Shown here: in pieces, positions 21,754 through 31,898 of the stretch
How positions within the stretch are numbered: the stretch's first letter is position 1
How the letters are laid out: every line of letters begins with the position of its first letter
NCBI GenBank assembly: GCA_947474165.1
Contig: CANJHO010000001.1
Span: 18 to 64,017 of the forward strand
Origin: Legionellaceae bacterium
GTDB taxonomy: Bacteria > Pseudomonadota > Gammaproteobacteria > Legionellales > Legionellaceae
Direction of reading: 5' to 3'
Length of the DNA: 64,000 nucleotides
Notes under the pieces: generated by a model
What the model saw: the letters and a program-made list of their open reading frames with translations, nothing else
Databases searched by the model: none
What the model was told of the DNA's origin: nothing
Translations under genes and position numbers: made by a program

Positions 21754-21798
21754 CTGCACATTAAGATGATATTGACGCCAACTTAAGGAAGTATTGTT

Positions 21799-21965
21799 AT
21801 GAAATATATAATTGCCACCCTGCTCTCTTTTTTATTTTTGTTAACGGCAGTTATGCCATTACAAACGCTGAAATTCCAGATGAATTTAATGTCACAGAGC
21901 ATTGGATTAGCTTAACCACAAGCTATGATATTGAAACCAAGACACAAAAATTAGGCACATTATGA
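21799..21965 (+). pseudogene. Frameshifted and truncated remnant of a signal-peptide-bearing gene
   Basis: ATG frame gives MKYIIATLLSFLFLL and stops at 21915. The adjacent frame continues VNGSYAITNAEIPDEFNVTEHWISLTTSYDIETKTQKLGTL to 21965. The switch point falls in the T6/T5 runs at 21828-21839. Confidence 0.5.
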
Positions 21966-22007
21966 TGAGCCCCTCGAACTTTTTGGATGGAAATTGCTGT
22001 AAGCGTA

Positions 22008-22427
22008 TCAAAGAAATTTCAAACCAAAACGTTCATAATTTTCTAACTTAGCATCATGGCTGACGAATACCATGCTCTGGGATATACACTGCCAAATGAT
22101 GAGCCTATCAAATGGATCATTATGTTTTTCAACCAAAGGCAATTGATAAAAACTTGCAAAAATATCCGGTGTGATTTGTGCTGTCTCAAGACCCATTTTC
22201 GTAGCAAGTGTCGGTAATTCATTAGGTAGCACACCCAATAACGCTAGTTTTCCCAACCGATATTTTAATGAAATTTCCAAGAAACTGATTGAGCTTACTG
22301 AAACCTGATTGTTACAATCTTCAAGCTGTTGGATAGTTTGTGCTGGAAGTTTCTCTGGAGAAAAAATCAACCACAGCAATACATGGGTATCAATAAGAAA
22401 ATTACTCATCTCCAAGTAACTCATCAT
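22008..22427 (-). CDS. vapC: PIN-domain toxin, VapC family
   Basis: FLIDTHVLLWLIFSPEKL N-terminal PIN signature. Overlaps the antitoxin stop; the alternative ATG 22409 gives the classic ATGAGTAA overlap. Confidence 0.8.
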   Translation of the reverse strand: MMSYLEMSNFLIDTHVLLWLIFSPEKLPAQTIQQLEDCNNQVSVSSISFLEISLKYRLGKLALLGVLPNELPTLATKMGLETAQITPDIFASFYQLPLVEKHNDPFDRLIIWQCISQSMVFVSHDAKLENYERFGLKFL

Positions 22428-22650
22428 CTGTCATTTCAAAATTTTTATTCAGCGTATATGATGCGCGGTCTTTCAATATACCGAAAACCCGTGGGTTTGC
22501 ATCCTCCAAAGATTTTTGGTAGGGAATCAACATGGCGACCTTTTTATGATGTCTACCATATTCAATAATGAACATCTCACCATTTTCTCGAACACGGTGT
22601 AATATCTCTGAAAATTCAGCTTTCAGGTGTCCAACTTGTATCGCTTCCAT
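22402..22650 (-). CDS. Phd/YefM-type antitoxin
   Basis: 82 aa. Has the pattern MEAIQVGHLKAEFSEILHRVRENGEMFIIEYGRHHKKVAMLIPY. Lies immediately upstream of the PIN toxin. Confidence 0.75.
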   Translation of the reverse strand: MEAIQVGHLKAEFSEILHRVRENGEMFIIEYGRHHKKVAMLIPYQKSLEDANPRVFGILKDRASYTLNKNFEMTDDELLGDE

Positions 22651-22776
22651 TGTTCTTTCCTGCTATCACTGTGTCCTCATAGGCTAGTTGCAACTACAAA
22701 ATATAGCAGTTAAGAATGGTCTCACACCGTAGAGATTTGCTAAGATATACGCTTCACTCCCAATACGTTGTCTATT

Positions 22777-24102
22777 ATGATCACTCAATCACCGGTTCTT
22801 ACTGTAAGCCAACTCAACCGGCAGGTTCGCTCCTGGCTTGAGCATGAAATGGGTCTTATCAGTGTTGAGGGAGAGCTTTCAAATTTAAGCAAACCGGCTT
22901 CCGGGCATTTCTATTTCACCCTAAAAGATGCAAGCGCTCAAATACGTTGTGTTTATTTTCGAAATCGTCATGAAGGCACTGATAGCAATAGCCTTCAAAA
23001 TGGACAACAAGTCCGACTCAATGGCCATTTAAGCTTGTATGAGGCACGAGGAGACTATCAACTCATTGTCGAGCAACTTAAAGAAGCCGGAGAAGGCGAT
23101 TTATTTAGAAAATTTGAGTTATTAAAAGAAAAACTCAAAGCCTTGGGCTTATTTGATGCGAGTAGAAAACGCACCCTACCGCCTTTTCCGCAGTCTATTG
23201 GTATTATTACCTCAGCCACAGGTGCTGCCCTTCGTGATATTCTAAGCACCCTCGCCCGCCGATTTCCTGTTGCAAACGTCATTGTCTATGCAAGTGAAGT
23301 CCAAGGCATACAAGCGGCCCCACAACTCATCAACGCACTCAATCTTGCCCAACAAGATAAACGCTGTGATGTTCTCATATTGGCACGTGGAGGCGGCAGT
23401 ATGGAAGATTTATGGGCGTTTAATGATGAACGTTTGGCGCATGCAATAGCCAGTTGCCAAATCCCAACAATATCCGGTGTGGGACATGAAACAGACACCA
23501 CCATTGCTGATTTTGTTGCTGATTTGCGTGCGGCAACGCCAACGGCCGCAGCCGTTGCAGCCACCCCTAATTTACTTGATTTAATCTCTTTTTTTCAAAC
23601 CATGGAGACTCGAATACAAGGATCGATGATGCGCCGTATGCAACATCTTAATCTATTGCTGCAACATCAAACACAAAAATTAGGGGATCCACGCCCCTTA
23701 ATCAGCACGTATTGGCAATCTCTTGATTATTTAAGCAATCATCTACAACATGCCATGCAACAATTATTAGGAAAAAAAAGGCAAGCGCTTCATTTGACGA
23801 CAACACGCTTAAACACTAAAAACCCAGTCCTCCTCTTGCAACAAGCACGTACACACCTACAACAGCTAGAAACCAGCTTAATTCAACACAGCACACTGAA
23901 AGTGTCCCGACTAAAACAACGCTTCACGAACCAACTCGCCACGCTCCATGCAGTGAGTCCTCTGGCAACATTGGATAGAGGTTATGCCATTGTCACTTGT
24001 AATCAGAAGGTTTTATTCGATAGCCATGAAGTTGCTGTAGGGGATGTGGTTGATATTCGCTTAGCCAAAGGTGTTTTCAAGAGCACTGTTATCAAAAAAT
24101 AA
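22777..24102 (+). CDS. xseA: Exodeoxyribonuclease VII large subunit
   Basis: N-terminus LTVSQLNRQVRSWLEHEMGLISVEGELSN parallels E. coli XseA. An alternative TTG start lies at 22768. Confidence 0.92.
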   Translation: MITQSPVLTVSQLNRQVRSWLEHEMGLISVEGELSNLSKPASGHFYFTLKDASAQIRCVYFRNRHEGTDSNSLQNGQQVRLNGHLSLYEARGDYQLIVEQLKEAGEGDLFRKFELLKEKLKALGLFDASRKRTLPPFPQSIGIITSATGAALRDILSTLARRFPVANVIVYASEVQGIQAAPQLINALNLAQQDKRCDVLILARGGGSMEDLWAFNDERLAHAIASCQIPTISGVGHETDTTIADFVADLRAATPTAAAVAATPNLLDLISFFQTMETRIQGSMMRRMQHLNLLLQHQTQKLGDPRPLISTYWQSLDYLSNHLQHAMQQLLGKKRQALHLTTTRLNTKNPVLLLQQARTHLQQLETSLIQHSTLKVSRLKQRFTNQLATLHAVSPLATLDRGYAIVTCNQKVLFDSHEVAVGDVVDIRLAKGVFKSTVIKK

Positions 24103-24115
24103 GGAATATTATACA

Positions 24116-24697
24116 ATGCTGAATGAACTCAATGACAATCTACAACTTTTCATTGACCAAACCAAACTCAATATAAACACCTTGGCTATTATTTTAACCA
24201 TTCTGTGGGTTGTTTTTTTTATTAGTGAGTTAACCGGAAAACGACTCTTAATCTTAGGGATCTTCCCTAGGAAAATTTATAGTCTATTGGGAATATTCTT
24301 CGCCCCATTACTTCATGCAAACTTTAATCATCTATTTTTTAATTCTGTTCCTTTAGTCGTCTTAAGTGATTTTATACTGATTCAGGGGTTAAATTATTAT
24401 TTAAAAGTGACCTTGATGATTACCCTTATCAGCGGTTTTTTAATTTGGTGTTTTGCAAAGCCTGGCATACATGTTGGTGCAAGTGCGGTGATTACTGGCT
24501 ACTGGGCCTTGTTGGTCTACAATATTTATCAGCAAGGGACACTCGCTGCCATAATGCTTGGCATTATTTGTATTTATTATTTTGCAGGGATATTTTTAGG
24601 TATATTCCCGGGGAAAAAAGGGGTTTCCTGGGAAGGGCATTTGTTTGGGTTACTGGCAGGATTTGCTACAGGGTATTTCTTGACTAACAATTCGTAA
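24116..24697 (+). CDS. Rhomboid-family intramembrane serine protease
   Basis: Multi-TM protein with GASAVITG (GxSxxxxG) and HLFGLLAG. ATG 24116 follows AAGGA. The longer ORF from 24071 overlaps xseA. Confidence 0.7.
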   Translation: MLNELNDNLQLFIDQTKLNINTLAIILTILWVVFFISELTGKRLLILGIFPRKIYSLLGIFFAPLLHANFNHLFFNSVPLVVLSDFILIQGLNYYLKVTLMITLISGFLIWCFAKPGIHVGASAVITGYWALLVYNIYQQGTLAAIMLGIICIYYFAGIFLGIFPGKKGVSWEGHLFGLLAGFATGYFLTNNS

Positions 24698-24840
24698 TAT
24701 AGAGTTCCCGCCCAAAAAATTCAGTGCTTGCTTATTGAGTCCTGGCGTACGGCGGGAATTGTTCTTTCTTAACATAAGTCCTATTGTTACAACAAAACTG
24801 CGTGTATACTATTTGACCCTAAAACCACCTGATCGATCCA

Positions 24841-27800
24841 ATGGCAAAACCGCTGCTGATTACTTCAACCATTGCCACAAAACAAACCTTCGGCCAATTA
24901 TATGGCAGTAGTTTGCCATTGGCGCTAGCCGAATATTGTGAGTTAACCCCTGGCGTTAAACTCTTGGTGGCCCCTAACAATTTAGCGGCAGTCGAATTGT
25001 TGGATGAGTTACAGTTTTTTCTTAAATCTGAACCCCAAGACATCCTCCTATTTCCCGACTGGGAAACCCTTCCCTATGATAGGTTTTCTCCTCACCAGGA
25101 TATTATTTCTGAGCGCTTAAACACCCTCAGTCGCTTACAACAATCCACCAATGCCATTGTGATTAGTGCTGCCAGTACATTAATGCATCGGCTCTGCCCA
25201 CCTCAATTTATAACCGCTCATGGGCTCATGTTGTCCGAAGGTCAAACCCTTCATTTAGAACAATTTAGACAACAGCTAGAACAAGCAGGCTATCATTGTG
25301 TTAATAAAGTATTAGAACATGGCGAGTTTGCAGTGCGTGGCGCTATCATTGATCTCTATCCCATGGGAAGCCCGCTCCCTTTTCGTATCGAGTTATTTGA
25401 TGAAGTGGTCGATAGTTTGCGTCGTTTTGATCCAGACACGCAGCGAACCATTGAAAAAATCAATCAAATTCAAGTGTTACCGGCCCGTGAATTTCCATTA
25501 AATGATCAGAGTATCGCCTTGTTCCGACGCACCTTTAGAGAGCAATTTTCAGGCAATCCCAGTCGATGTCCCCTATATGAATCCGTGAGTGAGGGACAAT
25601 TTCCTAGCGGCATTGAATACTATCTTCCTTTGTTTTTTGAAAAAACAGCGACTTTCTTTGATTATCTACCCAGCAATGCTTCAGTCTGCCTCATTGAGGC
25701 CATTCAAACAGAAGCCGAGCACTTTTGGCAAGAACTCAATACCCGTTATGAACAACGAAGTTCTGACATTTCCAGACCCATCTTAAGTCCATGCCATTGT
25801 TTTTTAAACCCAACTGAACTGCTGACCTATGCCAATCAATATCAGCAATTGCGACTTCACCACACGCCCATCGAGAAAAAAGGTGCTGTGATTAATTGCC
25901 ATGTAGATAAAGCCCCTTTACTGCCAGTAGAGCGCCAAGCAGCTGAACCTTTGGCTAATTTATGTCACTACATGACAGAGCCCAATCACCGCTATTTGAT
26001 TGTGGTCGAAAGTGCTGGTCGTCGCGAAGTACTCCTTGATCTACTCAAGCCCAGCCAAATGAGTCCAAAAATACAAGCCTCCTGGTCTGCTTTTCTTGAA
26101 GACACAGCCTTTATTAATATCACCACAGGCCCACTCATTGAAGGATTTGAATTAATCGACCAATCCTTGTCTATCATTGTTGAGGCACAACTTTTTGGTG
26201 AACAAAGCACACCACTTCGCCGCAGTGCTCAAAAATCAGTTGACCCTGATCTCATTATTCGTGATTTGGCTGAACTTCAAATCGGGGCACCTGTTGTGCA
26301 TTTACAATTTGGTGTAGGCCGCTATCAAGGACTACAATGCATCGAAAACCAAGGCTTTGCTAATGAGTTTTTAGTGTTGTCCTATGCCTTTGAAGATAAA
26401 ATATATGTCCCCGTTACCTCATTAAATCTTATCAGCCGCTATACAGGTGCCGATTCAGAACATGCACCATTGCATCGTTTGGGCAGTGAGCAATGGCAAA
26501 AAGAAAAGAAAAAAGCCGCTGAAAAAATTCATGATGTGGCTATTGAACTATTAGATATTTATGCAAAACGTGAAGCAAAGCCTGGGCACGTCTATGCGTT
26601 TCACTCCAATGATTACCAACGGTTTGCCACAGGCTTTCCTTTTACTGAAACCTTCGACCAACAGCAAGCCATTTTACAAATCATAAAAGATTTACAATCA
26701 CCCCGTCCCATGGACAGGCTCATTTGTGGCGATGTGGGATTCGGCAAAACAGAAGTTGCGATGCGAGCGGCCTTTATTGCCGTGCAGAATAACAAACAAG
26801 TGTGTGTGTTAGTCCCCACCACCCTGCTAGCAGCGCAACATTTTGAAACATTCCGTGACCGTTTTGCAGATTTTCCAGTGAACATTGAATTATTATCCCG
26901 ATTTCGGAGTGCAAAAGAATCAGACACCGTTGTTCAATCATTACAAGATGGCCGCGTTGATATCGTGATTGGTACACACAAATTATTCCAAAAAAACATT
27001 GCCTTTCGTGACTTGGGCCTGCTTATTATCGATGAAGAACATCGCTTTGGTGTTAAACAAAAAGAACACATTAAGTCAATACGTACCCATGTCGATATTC
27101 TTTCCATGACAGCAACACCTATACCCCGCACCCTGAATATGGCAATGGCAGGCATTCGTGATATTTCATTGATTGCAACACCTCCCGCTAAACGATTAGC
27201 CATCAAAACTTTTTGGCAAGAGCAAAATGAGCCCCTGTTAAGAGAGGCGATATTGCGAGAAATTCTCCGGGGCGGTCAAGTGTTTTTTTTACACAATAAT
27301 GTGCAAACAATTGAGCGAGTCTCCCAAACCTTGCAAGCGCTTGTGCCTGAAGCTAAAATTCACATCGCGCATGGCCAAATGAGAGAGCGTGAATTAGAGC
27401 GAATCATGTCGGATTTTTATCACCATCGCTTCAACGTACTCGTCTGCACAACGATTATCGAAACAGGTATTGATATCCCCACAGCCAATACCATTATTAT
27501 CGACAGAGCTGACAAATTTGGTCTGGCACAATTGCATCAACTTCGAGGCCGAGTAGGTCGATCACACCACCAAGCCTATGCGTATTTATTTACACCGAAT
27601 GAAAAATTATTAAGCACTGATGCCGTTAAGCGATTAGAAGCCATTGTCTCATTTGAAGCCTTGGGTGCAGGCTTCACCTTGGCCACCCACGATCTGGAAA
27701 TTCGTGGTGCAGGAGAATTATTGGGCGATGATCAAAGTGGTAATATGCAAGCCATCGGCTTTAATCTGTATATGGAAATGCTTGATAGAGCAGTGAGTGA

Positions 27801-28287
27801 TTTAAAAGCAGGAAAAATACCTGAGCTTGCAGCCCCCATGTATTCAGGGCCTGAGATTGATTTACAACTCAGTGCTATTATTCCAGAGCAATATATTGTT
27901 GATATTCATACCCGCCTAATCATGTACAAGCGCATTGCAAGTGCCTTGGATAAACAGCAATTGCATGAATTACAAGTTGAATTAATTGATCGTTTTGGAC
28001 TCTTGCCTCAGCAGGTAAAATATTTAATTTTAATTACTGAATTAAAATTCGTCGCAGAAAAACTAGGGGTAACGCGCATTACAGCAAGGGCTAACCAGGG
28101 AAAAATTGAATTCAATGAAAAGCCCGCCATCGATGCGAGGATATTGATCAATCTAATCCAAGTCCACGCCAAACGGTATCAAATGGAAGGGCCTGCTCGC
28201 TTACGATTTACCCTAGACAGCACAAGCCATGAGGCCCGTATTCATGAAATACAGGCCTTGCTCATTCAATTAAAGGGGACTGGCTAA
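24841..28287 (+). CDS. mfd: Transcription-repair coupling factor
   Basis: 1148 aa with helicase motifs [11 protein letters not shown] and DEEHRFG and the TRG region. Confidence 0.97.
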   Translation: MAKPLLITSTIATKQTFGQLYGSSLPLALAEYCELTPGVKLLVAPNNLAAVELLDELQFFLKSEPQDILLFPDWETLPYDRFSPHQDIISERLNTLSRLQQSTNAIVISAASTLMHRLCPPQFITAHGLMLSEGQTLHLEQFRQQLEQAGYHCVNKVLEHGEFAVRGAIIDLYPMGSPLPFRIELFDEVVDSLRRFDPDTQRTIEKINQIQVLPAREFPLNDQSIALFRRTFREQFSGNPSRCPLYESVSEGQFPSGIEYYLPLFFEKTATFFDYLPSNASVCLIEAIQTEAEHFWQELNTRYEQRSSDISRPILSPCHCFLNPTELLTYANQYQQLRLHHTPIEKKGAVINCHVDKAPLLPVERQAAEPLANLCHYMTEPNHRYLIVVESAGRREVLLDLLKPSQMSPKIQASWSAFLEDTAFINITTGPLIEGFELIDQSLSIIVEAQLFGEQSTPLRRSAQKSVDPDLIIRDLAELQIGAPVVHLQFGVGRYQGLQCIENQGFANEFLVLSYAFEDKIYVPVTSLNLISRYTGADSEHAPLHRLGSEQWQKEKKKAAEKIHDVAIELLDIYAKREAKPGHVYAFHSNDYQRFATGFPFTETFDQQQAILQIIKDLQSPRPMDRLICGDVGFGKTEVAMRAAFIAVQNNKQVCVLVPTTLLAAQHFETFRDRFADFPVNIELLSRFRSAKESDTVVQSLQDGRVDIVIGTHKLFQKNIAFRDLGLLIIDEEHRFGVKQKEHIKSIRTHVDILSMTATPIPRTLNMAMAGIRDISLIATPPAKRLAIKTFWQEQNEPLLREAILREILRGGQVFFLHNNVQTIERVSQTLQALVPEAKIHIAHGQMRERELERIMSDFYHHRFNVLVCTTIIETGIDIPTANTIIIDRADKFGLAQLHQLRGRVGRSHHQAYAYLFTPNEKLLSTDAVKRLEAIVSFEALGAGFTLATHDLEIRGAGELLGDDQSGNMQAIGFNLYMEMLDRAVSDLKAGKIPELAAPMYSGPEIDLQLSAIIPEQYIVDIHTRLIMYKRIASALDKQQLHELQVELIDRFGLLPQQVKYLILITELKFVAEKLGVTRITARANQGKIEFNEKPAIDARILINLIQVHAKRYQMEGPARLRFTLDSTSHEARIHEIQALLIQLKGTG

Positions 28288-29723
28288 CCTGTACCACCAA
28301 CCGTTAATCCATCAATTTTCAAAGTCGGCTGACCCACGCCCACGGGCACCGATTGTCCATCTTTACCACAAACACCGATGCCACCGTCTAAGGCTAAATC
28401 GTTTCCGATCATGCTGATTTTTTTCATCACTTCAGGCCCACTCCCTATCAACGTTGCCCCCTTAACAGGACGTGTGACTTTGCCATTTTCTATGAGATAA
28501 GCCTCACTTGCCGAAAACACAAATTGCCCTGAGGTGATATCAACTTGGCCTCCACCAAAATTAACTGCATAGAGACCCCGTTCAACTGATCGAATAATCT
28601 CTGCCGGATCATGCTGTCCTGCCAACATATAGGTATTGGTCATTCTTGGCATGGGGACATGCGCATAAGATTCTCGCCGACAATTGCCCGTGGGTTTCAT
28701 GCCCATTAATTTTGCATTTAATTTGTCTTGCATGTAATTAACCAGTACCCCATTTTCTATGAGGGTTGTGCATTGAGTGGGTGTTCCTTCATCATCCATC
28801 GTCAACGATCCGCGCCTGTCAGCCAAGGTTCCATTATCCATGACCGTCACCCCAGGCGATGCCACCTGCTGGCCTATACGTCCTGAAAAAGCAGAAAGAC
28901 CCTTGCGATTAAAATCACCCTCTAAGCCATGGCCAACCGCTTCATGCAGTAACACACCAGGCCAACCTGGACCTAAAACCACGGGCATCATTCCGGCAGG
29001 CGCATCCATTGCATCTAGATTAATAAGTGCCTCACGCACGGCTTCTCGCGCGTAACCTAAAGCTCGATTTTCATCAATAAAAAAGGCATAGCCCACACGC
29101 CCACCACCACCAGAACGTGCGGATTGCCGCCTCCCCTTGTCTTCAACCATCACGCTGACATTGACACTCACCATGGGCCGCACATCCGCAATCATCTGGC
29201 CGTGCATGCCGGCTACCATCACAACTTCATAACAACCACTTAAGGAGGCATTGACTTGGATCACACGAGGGTCTATGCGCCTTGCTTCGATATCAATGGA
29301 TTCTAGCAGTAAAATTTTGTCTTGCTTGCTCATGCCCTCAATGGGATTAAAGCCTTGATATCGCGCAATCGGTGCGCTGACAATTTTTATAGCCGGCAGG
29401 GCATGAGAACCTTTAAATGCGATGGACCCTGCGGCCTCTGCGGCACGCTCCATTGCAGGTAATAAAATATCATCACAATAGGCATACCCTGTTTTATCGC
29501 CACTCACAGCACGAATACCCACCCCTCTGTCAATGGAATAGCTTCCACTTTTTACCTCAGAATCTTCCAAATACCAGGATTCATAACTACAACTTTGAAA
29601 ATAAATATCGGCATCATCGACATGACGACTTAACATCGACCGGATTAATTTATCGATACCTGATTCATCAATAGAAGCGGGTTTTAATAGGAGATCCTTG
29701 GCAATGGATAGTGCTAACTTCAT
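28284..29723 (-). CDS. tldD: Metalloprotease TldD
   Basis: [11 protein letters not shown] motif. 479 aa. Confidence 0.93.
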   Translation of the reverse strand: MKLALSIAKDLLLKPASIDESGIDKLIRSMLSRHVDDADIYFQSCSYESWYLEDSEVKSGSYSIDRGVGIRAVSGDKTGYAYCDDILLPAMERAAEAAGSIAFKGSHALPAIKIVSAPIARYQGFNPIEGMSKQDKILLLESIDIEARRIDPRVIQVNASLSGCYEVVMVAGMHGQMIADVRPMVSVNVSVMVEDKGRRQSARSGGGGRVGYAFFIDENRALGYAREAVREALINLDAMDAPAGMMPVVLGPGWPGVLLHEAVGHGLEGDFNRKGLSAFSGRIGQQVASPGVTVMDNGTLADRRGSLTMDDEGTPTQCTTLIENGVLVNYMQDKLNAKLMGMKPTGNCRRESYAHVPMPRMTNTYMLAGQHDPAEIIRSVERGLYAVNFGGGQVDITSGQFVFSASEAYLIENGKVTRPVKGATLIGSGPEVMKKISMIGNDLALDGGIGVCGKDGQSVPVGVGQPTLKIDGLTVGGTG

Positions 29724-29750
29724 AATATGACCTTTAAAATTAAAAAAATA

Positions 29751-30569
29751 TTATATACTGCGCGCGCAATATACGTGGTGATCATTGCATGGAAATTGCC
29801 TTCGCAATGTTCGCAAGTGTTCTAAATCAATATCAGCAACAATAACACCAGGCTCTACTGGTTGCTCTGCTAATATAGTACCCCAAGGTTCGATGATGAG
29901 GCTATGCCCATAAGTGTGACGGCCACTCGCATGCACACCACCTTGGTTCGGTGCTAAAACATAACACAAATTCTCAATCGCTCGTGCGCGCAATAAAATT
30001 TCCCAATGAGCACGTCCAGTGGTTGCTGTAAATGCAGAGGGAATACTGAATAATTCCGCACCTTTTAAAACCAATTGACGATAAAGCTCAGGAAAACGCA
30101 AATCATAACAAACGCTTAACCCAACGCAACCTACCGGCGTATCAACGACAACCGCAATATCCCCACGTTCAATGCTCAGTGATTCTTGATAAGCTTCTTG
30201 TGTTGATACCCCGACATCAAACAGATGAATTTTATCGTAGTGCGCGACAGTGTTCCCCTTCTCATCAAAAACAAAACTGCTTGCTTTGACTTTATCTTTT
30301 GAACATTTTATAGGGATAGTACCGGCAATCATCCAGAGCTTATAACGCTTCGCCAGTTGCCCCACTGCTTGTTGAATCTCGCCCTCGCCATAGGTTTCTG
30401 CGATGAGCAGTTTAGCCTTATCATCGGTTCCCATGAAAGCAAAATTTTCAGGTAAAACCAACAGCTCAGCCCCTGCTTCTTTCGCATCTAAACAAAACTG
30501 GTCAAGTGATTGTAGGTTTTCTTTTACTTGGGCTGAAGAAACCATTTGTAACACGGCGGCTCTAGTCAT
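29751..30569 (-). CDS. Carbon-nitrogen hydrolase (nitrilase superfamily) protein
   Basis: LLVLPENF and GLSVCYDLRFPELY (catalytic Cys) motifs. Start at ATG 30569; the ORF extends to 30623. Confidence 0.8.
   Translation of the reverse strand: MTRAAVLQMVSSAQVKENLQSLDQFCLDAKEAGAELLVLPENFAFMGTDDKAKLLIAETYGEGEIQQAVGQLAKRYKLWMIAGTIPIKCSKDKVKASSFVFDEKGNTVAHYDKIHLFDVGVSTQEAYQESLSIERGDIAVVVDTPVGCVGLSVCYDLRFPELYRQLVLKGAELFSIPSAFTATTGRAHWEILLRARAIENLCYVLAPNQGGVHASGRHTYGHSLIIEPWGTILAEQPVEPGVIVADIDLEHLRTLRRQFPCNDHHVYCARSI
29754..29773. repeat. Palindrome family copy TATACTGCGCGCGCAATATA
   Basis: GC core is expanded by 2 nt and the right arm has 1 mismatch. It encodes the last 7 codons (VYCARSI) of the hydrolase and lies 31-50 nt upstream of the tldD ATG. 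Confidence 0.8.
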
Positions 30570-30627
30570 CCTGTTTATCCGGTATAAAAAAACAAGCTTA
30601 CACGGTTTGTGGATTAATCTCATGTTA

Positions 30628-30808
30628 TTATCGAACCCAGGGCAAAATCATGTGTGCTCACAAAATATCATGTAGGGTGTGCAAAGCGCAGCGTGCACAC
30701 CATGTCGCTTATCGCTCCTATTACCCTACACGTTTTATTAAATAGGATAATAGATAAATGTGTGTGATCTATTTTGTATCACACATGATTTTGCCCTGTT
30801 ATCGAACC
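30628..30808. mobile_element. MITE: 161-bp element with 19-bp perfect TIRs and a 10-bp target site duplication
   Basis: TIRs are CAGGGCAAAATCATGTGTG (30638-30656) and its exact reverse complement (30780-30798). They are flanked by TTATCGAACC at 30628-30637 and 30799-30808. No ORF inside; the interior is rich in sub-hairpins. Confidence 0.85.
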
Positions 30809-30902
30809 CACTTGTCAATCCAAATCCGTCGAGTTAGACTTGAAACGCGACAAATGCACCCCATATGTGTTATACTTAACATAAATCATCACGGAGTTAT
30901 TC

Positions 30903-31577
30903 ATGAATAGAAATGACGTTTCAGTACTCGGTCACCGACAAGAGTCGGCGATCGCCACGAACAAGGTGTTGCGAAACACTTACCTGTTGTTGGGCATGAC
31001 CTTTCTTTTTAGTGCGTTTACGGCTTATATGTCGTTTTCCACACACACGCGTCCACTGAATCCAATCATCTTTTTCGTGGGTGCTTATGGTCTGATATTT
31101 TTAACCAATGCGCTTAAAAATAGTGCGTGGGGTCTTGTCAGTGTCTTCGCGTTTACAGGCTTTATGGGCTATTTCCTAGGACCCATCTTAAGTGCTTACA
31201 TTGCCCACTTTTCAAATGGTCCACAACTGGTTGCAACCGCACTAGGCGGTACTGGTGTTATCTTTTTTGCACTGTCTGCTTATGTATTAACAACCCAAAA
31301 AGACTTCAGTTATATGGGGGGCTTCCTGTTTGTTGCTGTGATGGTTGCCTTTCTAGCCATGATGGCCAGTGTTTTCTTCCAAATTCCGGCCTTGTCTCTT
31401 GCTGTTTCAGCGGCGTTTGTCCTAATTTCATCAGGTTTAATCCTCTTTCAAACCAGCGAAATTATTCACGGTGGTGAAACCAATTATATCTCTGCAACAC
31501 TTTCCTTGTTTGTATCCATCTACAATTTGTTTATCAGCTTGCTCAATCTGTTAGGCGCCTTCTCCGGCCGTGAATGA
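30903..31577 (+). CDS. BAX inhibitor-1/YccA family membrane protein
   Basis: 224 aa with 7 TM segments. N-terminus KVLRNTYLLLGMTFLFSAFTAY is typical of the family. Confidence 0.85.
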   Translation: MNRNDVSVLGHRQESAIATNKVLRNTYLLLGMTFLFSAFTAYMSFSTHTRPLNPIIFFVGAYGLIFLTNALKNSAWGLVSVFAFTGFMGYFLGPILSAYIAHFSNGPQLVATALGGTGVIFFALSAYVLTTQKDFSYMGGFLFVAVMVAFLAMMASVFFQIPALSLAVSAAFVLISSGLILFQTSEIIHGGETNYISATLSLFVSIYNLFISLLNLLGAFSGRE

Positions 31578-31655
31578 TTAGAGGCAACATCGCGTAATCC
31601 AAGATCTACGTCCAGGATTTATAGTCAAGGATTCCTGGGTTACGCGGCCTGCTTA

Positions 31656-31844
31656 TTATTCAGACTCTAGCTCGCGCAGATGCCGAATCATTTCACGTTC
31701 AAATGCCGCTAAGGCTGCAAAAATACCGAATACTAATTTACCCGCTGCACTCGTGGTATCAATTGCAGCCCCATGTCCTGTCAGTACTTTCAATCCTTTA
31801 TCTCTATGCTGCGCGCGCAGTATACATTGCCACGGCGATTGCAT
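31656..31844 (-). pseudogene. Serine recombinase (resolvase/invertase) fragment
   Basis: AIDTTSAAGKLVFGIFAALAAFEREMI matches the conserved end of the resolvase catalytic domain. The N-terminal catalytic part and the C-terminal HTH are missing. Its upstream end is cut by a palindrome copy. Confidence 0.7.
31805..31824. repeat. Palindrome family copy TATGCTGCGCGCGCAGTATA
   Basis: Near-perfect palindrome with 1 arm mismatch and an expanded GC core. Lies inside the resolvase remnant, 75 nt upstream of the 713-aa ORF. Confidence 0.8.
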
Positions 31845-31898
31845 CGTTTGTCTTATTTGTATAAACTATGGGAAATTTAAAATCATGTAGGTTTAATT

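Noticed and set aside
20341-21766. 14-mer TCTGCACATTAAGA present just after -10-like boxes both upstream (20341-20354) and downstream (21753-21766) of gltA
   Set aside because: Several 14-mer repeats are expected by chance in this window. There is no extended similarity and no inverted-repeat or TSD structure. It may reflect similar transcription start regions, but I cannot support that.
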